Shown here one piece after another: positions 12,097-21,333 of a DNA stretch of 64,000 nucleotides. Source of the stretch: Eledone cirrhosa (Eukaryota); assembly GCA_964016885.1 (NCBI GenBank), contig CAXHJY010001001.1, forward strand, positions 62,001 through 126,000, given 5' to 3'. The notes beneath the pieces were generated by a model that saw only the letters and a program-made list of their open reading frames with translations, searched no databases and was not told where the DNA came from. Within the stretch, counting starts at the first letter, position 1, and the number at the start of each line of letters is the position of its first letter. The translations under genes were made by a program, and so were the position numbers.

Positions 12097-12599
12097 TACC
12101 TCATTTTACTAGTCTCAAGAACGCGTCTACACGACGTGAGAAAGACCCAAAAGGCGGAGGGGGAGATAGTCACGCGGTATAACGGTCGAGAAACAGAGCT
12201 AAGCCTCTTATAACCACAAAGAAAATACCACGGAGGTGGAGGGGGTATTCATATCGAGGCCGTAGAAGAGGTGGTGAAGAAGGCGAGAAGTATGAGTAAT
12301 GGAAGCTTTCCAGTTGTCCCCACACTTCAAAGATTGCTCGACCAGAGGGAGTTATTAACAATATATTTAGAAACACACAGATACATGCGGACACACACAT
12401 ATATACATGAATGCATCCGCACCCAACTGTGAGTTAAGGGTGCCAACTTCACCGATGTTGCTCAATGAATGACTGGGACAGACCAATTCAGTTGAACTAG
12501 ACTGAACCAGTATCAGAGTTAAAAATACATTATGAAGAGAGAAGAAACATTTAGATATAATTAGTAATAAAATGTATCATACCTAAACTGCTCCTAGAT

Positions 12600-12689
12600 T
12601 CCTCGACTACGTAGTTTCGTGGCATAAACAAAAACAATATATCATAAAGATATAGAGTCCTTGCGAGGTCTGCCGACTTATCAAGAGGA
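12600..12689 (-). ncRNA. Type I hammerhead ribozyme, U3-A8 core variant (second copy)
   Basis: Same as 12007-12096 except for one loop substitution. Confidence 0.75.
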
Positions 12690-12865
12690 TACCTCATTTT
12701 ACTAGTCTCAAGAACGCGTCTACACGACGTGAGAAAGAATCCCAAAAGGCGGAGGGGGAGATAGTCACGCGATATAACGGTCGAGAAACAGAGCTAAGCC
12801 TCTTATAACCACGAAGAAAATACCACGGAGGCGGAGGGGGTATTCATATCGAGGCCGTAGAACAG

Positions 12866-13025
12866 TATAACACCTGCAGCCCTGATGGTATCCAATGATG
12901 TTGACTTGTTCTTCTTTTTGGTAAATATCATCTTGGTTAAGAGAGTGGGACTGGCTTTGTAGTGGGAAGGGGTGGGGGCATATTGTCTATATGCTTCAGC
13001 TTCGGCTTGTACTCGTGGGAAGTCA
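12866..13025 (-). other. Two-segment templated inverted insertion
   Basis: 12866-12960 is the reverse complement of 13314-13408; 12955-13025 is the reverse complement of 13852-13922; the two overlap by CTTTGT. Confidence 0.85.
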
Positions 13026-13722
13026 TGTATGTATATAAATACATACATATATATATACATATATATATGGTGGCTGCCAACTCGTATGGCCACTACTTTA
13101 TATCCATGTAGGAGAACCCCTACCGATGCGCTGAACGAGTCTGACTTTTTAGTCCAGCCAGCGACTTGAAAACTGGTACAAACACTACACTTGTGACAAT
13201 TATTGACACATAGTGCTGGGCCCATGGTACCATGTGACGACAAGTGCACAGAGATCTCCAGATATAAAGCAATGCCTGTGCCGTGAAGCTTTTATTATGA
13301 GCAAAGGCACTGCACAAAGCCAGTCCCACTCTCTTAACCAAGATGATATTTACCAAAAAGAAGAACAAGTCAACATCATTGGATACCATCAGGGCTGCAG
13401 GTGTTATATCAGAGTTTTCCTTCTCCTAGAATTCTGCCTTGACAAAGACTAAGGGGTCATCTCTCCCGGTGATTTTGGATGGCCATTGACTCTTAAGAGC
13501 TCCTTTGCCCTTTGACAGGTTTTGTTTTTAGTCCTGCAGGATGTCCAAAGTCATCCTCCTCACCAAGAAACCTTGATGGGGTTGCCAGTTTAGTCGCCAA
13601 TGACCCGACCATGAGACAGGTTGTACTGGGATACATGTTACCAGTAGCACCAACTGGTGTCCTGACATATATATATACATATGTGTATACATACATATAT
13701 ATATGAATATATATATATATAT

Positions 13723-14123
13723 AGCCGTGGAGTGGGGAGACCCAAGAAGACCTGGGATGAGGTGATAAAAGCCGACCTTAACCAATTTCACCTCTCAAAG
13801 GCGATCACACACGACCGTGACCTCTGGCGTCACACAGTAATACAGAAGACCTGACTTCCCACGAGTACAAGCCGAAGCTGAAGCATATAGACAATATGCC
13901 CCCACCCCTTCCCACTACAAAGTGATTGTGGAGGTGCCACGGTAAAAAACACCCAGCACTCACTGTAAATGAGCTTGGTGTTAGGAAGGGCATCCAGCTG
14001 TAGAAATCAGTTCTTGTATAAGCAAGACAGGTTCAGCCGACTGGACACTGCCCACAACAGGAGAACCCATCTAACCCATGCTAGCATGGGAGAATGGACG
14101 TAAAACGGTGATGATGATGATGA
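13723..14123 (+). mobile_element. 5'-truncated RTE LINE 3' end (family of 7068-10592)
   Basis: Homologous to ~10137-10592; (GAT)n tail; flanked by TA repeats. Confidence 0.9.
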
Positions 14124-14167
14124 TATATGTATATATGTATATATACATATATATAGATATATATATT

Positions 14168-14244
<77 letters not shown>

Positions 14245-14259
14245 ATTTATATATATATA

Positions 14260-14344
<85 letters not shown>

Positions 14345-14347
14345 ATT

Positions 14348-14378
<31 letters not shown>

Positions 14379-14381
14379 ATT

Positions 14382-14472
<91 letters not shown>

Positions 14473-14490
14473 ATTCATATATATATATTT

Positions 14491-14977
14491 CGTTTCTGAA
14501 TTTGTTTAGCAAGATTCTTTATCTGAAATCGTGTGTTGAAACCGATATTGTTATACTTTCGGAGGGTCATGTTGCCAATAAGAAACACACGCACCAGTTG
14601 CTTTCACTTCAATTTATTATATATTTATAAATTTACAAATGAACATAAACACACACAGACACCCGGATGTGGCGCATGCGCAAACTGAGCACACAACACA
14701 CACACAGAAACAAAATGGCGTAGGACAGAACAAAGGAAAGGCACAGAAACAAAGAAAGGAATCCCCAGTCACTGAAGAGGTCACAGAGTGTGTGACGAAA
14801 GGACTATGACTATATATAAACAACTATCTGGTTGTGGAACCAACCAACCAACCAGAAATTTATAAATTTATAGATTTATAAATTTGTAAATTTATAAATA
14901 TATAATAAATTGAAGTGAAAGCAACTGGTGCGTGTGTTTCTTATTGGCAACATGACCCTTCCAAAGTATAACAATAT
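14491..14977 (-). mobile_element. Fold-back Penelope-like unit: 96-bp inverted arms (14545-14640 / 14882-14977) enclosing an HHR, ~55-bp tail
   Basis: Arms differ at 2 positions; internal HHR; flanked by (TA)n. Confidence 0.72.
14767..14811 (+). ncRNA. Minimal type I hammerhead ribozyme (slightly decayed)
   Basis: AGTCA-[CTGAAGA]-g GTCACA gagtg TGTGAC-[GAAA]-G ga C-TA^-TGACT: 5-bp helix I, 6-bp helix II with one extra G. Confidence 0.72.
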
Positions 14978-15002
14978 ATATATATATTTATATATATTTA
15001 TA

Positions 15003-15052
<50 letters not shown>

Positions 15053-15284
15053 GATAGCAGCTGTTTTAGGTTATGTAACTGTTATAGAAACACGTGTCAA
15101 TAAATTCCTTTCTACTAAACTGTATCCATTCAAATCTTTCTATTTTTCTCCGGATTACTTTTGGAACTACAACTGGAACCGTCGAGCAAACTCTACGTGA
15201 GCTGATAATCTACTGTGTGTAATATTTATATTACAACACAACGGAAAATACTGTATATATATATTTATATATATATATATATAT

Positions 15285-15870
15285 GCATGAAAGTCGATAG
15301 CTGTATAACAAAGTGCAGGGCAATAAAGATAGACGGTAGTCACGGAATAGGCAGACCTAGAAAAACCTGGGACGAGCTGATAAACTCCGACATCACACAC
15401 TTACACCTCTCCAAGACAATGTCACTGGACCGAGACCTTTGGCGGTACTCAGTAACAGAGAAGACCCGCCTTACCTAAATATATAGTAAAACCTACTCCA
15501 GCCAGTAGGCATCTCTAACAAAATACACCCCGTCCCACCACCACCACCCCCACCCCATCCACACCACCCCGTTCTATGTAAAGTTATGTTGGTGCCGCGC
15601 CATCCAGGCCGAAACAAATGAGATCGTGTAGGTGTCACGACAAAAAAACACACAGTCCACGCTGTAATGTGGCCGTGTAGGCAACACGGTAAAAACCTCC
15701 CAGACCCACACTGTAAATGTGGTTGGTGTTAGGAAGGGCATCCAACTGTAGAAAACCTGCCAGACAGTCCTATGCGAGCAAGACAATCACTCTTGCCTCA
15801 AGTGGGACTACCCCCGTCCAAACCCATGCAAGCGTGGAACACGGACGTTAAACGTTGATGATGATGATGA

Positions 15871-15873
<3 letters not shown>
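15285..15873 (+). mobile_element. 5'-truncated RTE LINE, second subfamily
   Basis: Encodes MKVDSCITKCRAIKIDG..GRPRKTW..; near-identical to ~18570-19151; (GAT)n tail. Confidence 0.9.
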
Positions 15874-15933
<60 letters not shown>

Positions 15934-15936
<3 letters not shown>

Positions 15937-16277
15937 GCACATGACTTAGTGGTTAGAGCATTGGTCTTGCAATCTAAAGTTTGTGAGCTCAATTCTCAGA
16001 CCGGGTGCTGTGTTGTTTCCTTGAGCAAGACACTTTATTTCACATTGCTCCAGTTTACTCAGCTGTAGAAATGAGATGATAGGGACTGAGGTCCCTATCA
16101 TTCCACTGCAAAGTGGTCGTGGAGTTGCTACGGCAAAAAAGCACCCAGCACTCACTGTAAATGAGGTTGGTGTTAGGAAGGGCATCCAGCTGTAGAAATC
16201 AAGCCAGAATCAGTTACCGTCCCACCCTTGCAAGCAGGGACAAGCGGACGTAAAATGAAATGAATGAAATGAAATGA

Positions 16278-16278
<1 letters not shown>
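15934..16278 (+). mobile_element. tRNA-derived SINE with RTE-derived 3' end
   Basis: A-box-like TGACTTAGTGG, B-box-like GAGCTCAATTC, central TCCTTGAGCAAGACACTTTA, 3' part matching RTE 3' UTR 10396-10468, (TGAAA)n tail. Confidence 0.88.
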
Positions 16279-16312
<34 letters not shown>

Positions 16313-16689
16313 TGTATGTATGTATGTATATTTATATATCATCATAATCATCATCATCGTTTTTACATCCACTTGGACTAAGAGCACGTTCTATTAAAGT
16401 TAAATAAACCTCATTGGAGAGTGAAAAAAAAGAAACTCCTTCAGATGTAAGATCTGTCTCTATCGTGGGTGAGAACACTATGGTGGCTGGATCATTAAAC
16501 CATTTATATAAATTATTAGACCTCCATAGGTAAAAATACAGTGCTTGGGTAGTGGTGCAATTTCACTGCTAGCCATAGGGGCTATTTTCCCTAGATATAC
16601 CTCTGGGCAGGGGCATAATTTCACTGCTGGCCATAGGCGCTATTTTCCCTACTTATGCCTCTGGTTGGATGGGTACTTTTCAGCACATC

Positions 16690-17100
16690 ATCTCTTCCCT
16701 TGTGTTCCCTCGTCAATTCCTTTGTGGGTCTCAATGGCTTCCTTATTCAGGGATTTCCTGGCATTTCTTTACCCATCGATCATCCTCCATGCACATCACA
16801 TGTCCATACCAACGCAGTCTTCTCTCCTATACACCACCTCAGGTTCTTCCCCTTAAACCCAGTTTCTCCCTCAAATCATCCAAGCTCTGCCTTTCTCTCA
16901 CATTTACATTGCACAACCAACAGAGCATGGTTGCTTCATTTCTCTACAGTCACAGCCCATGTCTCACCAAAATGTAGCATCACAGCCGATGTCTCACTAC
17001 CATGTAGCACCACAGCCCATGTCTCACTACCATGTAGCATTGCACTTCACCCACAGGCATCATACAGCTGTCCTTTTGTACAGAGGGATAAACCTTCTCT
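16690..17100 (-). pseudogene. Degenerate RTE RT C-terminal fragment
   Basis: Reverse complement of the RRLRWYGHV-coding segment (CACATGTCCATACCAACGCAGTCTTCTC); internal 30-bp triplication at ~16950-17040. Confidence 0.7.
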
Positions 17101-17273
17101 ACATTCATCAATCGCTCATAACAACATTTCCAGGCCTCTTTCTTTTGGGCATCAGTGGAGCTAAGTACACCAGCATCAATATATACCTTTGATATATATA
17201 TATATTCTACAGTGGATATGGCATATGCCTCTCAGACATGACACCCTTAATTTAATTTTGGATATATATATAT

Positions 17274-17468
17274 ATAGGAGAAAGTATGACCCCGACGGCA
17301 GAGCTCAAGCCATTTCGACGGCTATTTCAGTCCAGAAATAGCCGTCGAAACAGCTTGAGCTCTGCCATCGGGGTCATACTTTCTCCTATTTCCCACTCTA
17401 CTACCCTAAGTATTGAGTACTCTGGTGCGTTATCGTCCATCTGATTCCTTACCACAATTCCTTTGTTA
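17274..17468 (+). mobile_element. Short fold-back unit: 55-bp arms (17274-17328 / 17335-17389) plus tail containing TTGAGTAC
   Basis: Hairpin with 3 mismatches and loop AGTCCA; contains GAAA-CAG-N8-CTG (HHR helix III-like); TA flanks. Confidence 0.65.
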
Positions 17469-17582
17469 TATATATATATCGACGACAGTTGATCAAGTTT
17501 CGCAAATCGGACCGAGGAAACAATGTTTCCATTGGTCTTTACAGTTGCTAGTACTATCTATCGGTCACAACTCCAGGTAGAA

Positions 17583-17702
17583 GGAGCAACGTGAAATAAA
17601 GTGTCTTGCTCAAGGACATAAGGCATCACCCGGTTCGGGAATCGAACTCACAACCTCACGATTGCAAATCCAATTTTCTAACCACTCAGCCATGCGCCTT
17701 CA
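17583..17702 (-). mobile_element. tRNA-SINE 5' fragment (family of 15934)
   Basis: Minus strand GGCGCATGGCTGAGTGGTTAG...GAGTTCGATTCC...GTCCTTGAGCAAGACACTTTATTTCAC. Confidence 0.82.
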
Positions 17703-18046
17703 CTTTATATATATATGTGTGTGTGTGTATATATTGCTGTTATTCTATGAGAAAATCCTTTTACCATTTTCTACTGTTTTTCTTATTTTACTAATATATA
17801 TCAACTCATGTGTCACTTCTCAAATATATATATATATATTCCAAATATATATATATATACACACACACATATATATATATATTCCAAATATATATATATA
17901 TATATTCCAAATATATATATATATATATTCCAAATATATATATATATATTCCAAATATATATATATATTCCAAATATATATATATATATATATTTATTCC
18001 AAATATATATATATATTCCAAATATATATATATATATATATTCCAA

Positions 18047-19151
18047 TAAAAGATGTAGTGGGATTACAGGTAAGCTAACTAAGAACATAGATTTTACATG
18101 TGGCCGGTGCTCTGGGGCAATAAGTAGCAGCAAGTGCCCATGAAATACTAGCTCTTTCAACTGCGCAGAGGGTTCTATAGAAATAGTGGACAGCTTCCGT
18201 CACCTGGGTGACAAAATCAGCAGTGGGGGAGGGTGCTCTGAAAGTACAGTAGCTAGAGTCAGAACTGGATGGAAAAAGTTCAGAGAGCTTATACCGCTAT
18301 TAGCCGCTAAAGGGTTCTCCCTAAAAATGAAAGGCAGGTTGTATGATGCCTGCATACGAACAGCAATGTTGCATGGCAGTGAGACCTGGGCATTGTGTGC
18401 AGAGGATATACGCAGACTAGAGAGGAACAAAGCTTGCATGCTCCGCTGGATGTATAATAGTAATATACGTGAACGGCAAAGCATAAACGAACTAAGGAAA
18501 AAATTAGAAATAAGAGGGATCAGATGTTGTTTACTCGAGAGAAGGCTACGTTGGTATGGTCACGTGATGCGCATGAAGGACGATAGCTGTATAACAAAGT
18601 GCAGGGCAATAAAGATAGACGGTAGCCACGGAATAGGCAGACCCAGAAAAACCTGGGACGAGCTGATAAATTCCGACCTCACACACTTACACCTCACCAA
18701 GACAATGTCACTGGACCGAGACCTTTGGCGGTACTCAGTAATAGAGAAGACCCGCCTTACCTAAATACAAAGTAAAACCTACTACAGCCAGTAGGCATCT
18801 CTAACAAAATACAACCCCGTCCCACCACCCCCACCCCATCCACACTGCCCCTTTCAATGTAAAGTTATGTTGGTGCCACAACATCCAGACCGAAACAAAT
18901 GAGATCGTGTAGGTGTCACGACAAAAAAACACACAGTCCACGCTGTAATGTGGCCGTGTAGGCAACACGGTAAAAACCTCCCAGACCCACACTGTAAATG
19001 TGGTTGGTGTTAGGAAGGGCATCCAACTGTAGAAAACCTGCCAGACAGTCCTATGCGAGCAAGACAACCACTCTTGCCTCAAGTGGGAAAACCCCCGTCC
19101 AAACCCATGCAAGCGTGGAACACGGACGTTAAACGATGATGATGATGATGA
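18047..19151 (+). pseudogene. 5'-truncated RTE LINE (second subfamily) starting inside the PHD finger, with an in-frame stop at 18141-18143
   Basis: KRCSGITGKLTKNIDFTCGRC..*, then the same frame continues as ORF 18186-18764, homologous to the C-terminus of 7168-10287; (GAT)n tail. Confidence 0.9.
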
Positions 19152-19559
19152 TTCCAAATATATATATATATATATATTCCAAATATATATATATATTTCA
19201 AATATATATATATATATTCCAAATATATATATATATATATTCCAAATATATATATATATATATATTCCAAATATATATATACACACACATATATATATAT
19301 ATATACACACACATATATATATATCACCCTTTTGGCTGTATTAAATATACACACACGAATCCTTATACGCTCACATGCACACACATAGCTGCCCTACTAA
19401 TTACACTACAATACCTACAAAGGCCCACACAAAGAATAGGGCCACTACTTATATATACACCCATCATCTCACAAACCACAATGGACACTATATTTTGTTG
19501 TCACGTTGCCAGTCTTCCGACTGGCAACGTGACAAATGATGTAGAAGTCATTTCTATAT

Positions 19560-19743
19560 ATAATTGTTTCTACTTTTGGCACAAGGCCAGCAATTACCCC
19601 AGTGTATTACTGGCACTTTATTTTATCGACCCCGTAAGGAGAAAAAGTTAACCTCGCCAGGATTTGAACTCAGACCGTAAAGGGCCGTAACTCTATGCTG
19701 CAAAGCATGGTGTCCGATCCTCTACTTATATTGCCAATCTGCC
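19560..19743 (-). mobile_element. Second SINE family, decayed copy (partial copy at 60555-60652)
   Basis: AATTGTTTCTACTTT.GGCACAAGGCCAGCAATTACCC..TTATTTTATCGACCCCGTAAGGA is shared with 60555-60652; B-box-like GAGTTCAAATCC on the minus strand. Confidence 0.7.
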
Positions 19744-20150
19744 ATTCTTCTATATATAATTTCTATATATATACTACTAAAAATCTGTGATTGCTTGCTT
19801 GCTTGCTTGTCTGTAATGTAATACAGCAAAAAGGGTGCATGATGGGAAAATACTTTGAAAGGAATGGGAATACAAATGGAATAAAACAAGTTTTGCATAA
19901 ATCGGAGCACATGTTCCTGAGATATGGGGTTTTCTGGGTACCTTCATAAATAGAGAGAGAGAAAGAGATAAGAGTTGTGAGAGAGTAGATTGAGAGAGAG
20001 ACATAGAGAGAAGGAGAGGAGAATGGAAGAGAGAGAGAGAGAGCTGGTGGTGTTGTTGAATGAAATTACAAATGGTGACTTCACAGAAATGAATACAGCA
20101 TTATTGTATCCTGCTAAATAGAAAGTGTTTCTAAGTGTGTGTGTGTGAAT

Positions 20151-20790
20151 ATCATCATCATCATTTTACATCCATTTTTCCTTGCTTGCAAGGGTGGGAC
20201 GGGTCCTATTCAGCACAGCATCTCTCCACTTGTTATGGTCCTTCGTCATCTCCTCCGTGAGCTTCAGCGATCTGAGGTCTGCTCTCACCACCTCCCCCAT
20301 GTTTTACGTGGTCTTCCTCTACTGCGTCTTCCCTTACTGGGATTTCTTGGCACTTCTTCACCCATTGATCAGCCTCCATGCACATCACATGTCCATACCA
20401 TTGCAGTCTCCTCTCCCGCACACAACTTATCCCTCTTATACCCAGTTTCTCTCTCAACACATCCATGCTTGGTCATTCACGCACATTGACATTGCACATC
20501 CAACGGAGCATACTTGCTTCATTTCTCTCCAGCCATCGCATATCCTCTGCAGTTGCTGCCCAAGTCTCACTACCATGTGCTCCTCACACAGGCATCATAT
20601 ATACGTAGGGCTTCTTTATCAGCAGAGGAAACAGCTCCCTAAACTTCTTCCAACCCATCCTTATTCTAGATACTATGGCCTCGGAACACCTCCCTCCCAT
20701 GATAATCTGATCACCTAGGTACCGGAAGCTATCCACCACTTCTATAGAACCCACCTGCATTTGAAAAATGTGTCTATCACTGCCAACTTT
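20151..20790 (-). pseudogene. Degenerate RTE 3' fragment
   Basis: Minus ORF LREKLGIRGISCVRERRLQWYGHVMCM; (CAT)n on the plus strand at ~20151. Confidence 0.8.
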
Positions 20791-21151
20791 CCCTATACAT
20801 CTACTGCATACGTAGTGTGTGTGTGTTAGTATGTGTGTGTGTGTATGTTAGTATATGTGTGTGTGAGTGTGTGTATTTGTATATGTATGTGTGTTTTTGT
20901 ATGTGTGTGTGTGTTTTTGTATGTGTGTGTGTTTGTATATGTGTGTGTGTGTGTGTTTGTATATATATTTGTGTGTGTGCGTGTATGTGTGTGTACAGAA
21001 AATTTTTTCAACAAAGTATTCTCATTGGCTAACATCCATGAGGCTGGCTAGTTTTGTTGGGGAGCCAGCCACATCTGTTGGAGACAGTTACTTGTGACCC
21101 CGCTGGAGGGGGTGTCTGAAGACTCTGACACACTCAATACTCTCAGTGGGC

Positions 21152-21280
21152 GAAGAAGAAGAAGAAGAAGAAGAAGAAGAAGAAGAAGAAGAAGAAGAAG
21201 AAGAAGAAGACGAAAAAGAAGAAGAAGAAGAAGGAGAAGAAGAAGAAGAAGAAGAAGAAGAAGAAGAAGAAGAAGAAGAA
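21152..21280. repeat. (GAA)n microsatellite
   Basis: Direct reading. Confidence 0.95.
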
Positions 21281-21333
21281 AAGCTGATAAGGCAACAAAA
21301 TGGTGTCAATGTCAGAATTGGGTAACATTTACT

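Larger units (their letters stand above)
11932..12862 (-). mobile_element. 593-bp-period tandem unit (~1.6 copies) with one HHR per copy; retrozyme-like or Penelope pLTR tandem
   Basis: 11932-12267 repeats at 12525-12862 with few differences; HHRs are exactly 593 nt apart. Confidence 0.8.

Noticed and set aside
13131-13180. CTGAACGA...GAAAACTGGTA hammerhead-like string
   Set aside because: Extra base in the core and no helix I or III pairing.
15934-16012. tRNA gene
   Set aside because: No complete cloverleaf; it is a SINE head continuing into SINE body and RTE tail.
17480-17572. Minus-strand structured segment ending GAAACTTGATCAACTGTC
   Set aside because: No recognisable CUGANGA box adjacent to the helix; too degenerate to call.
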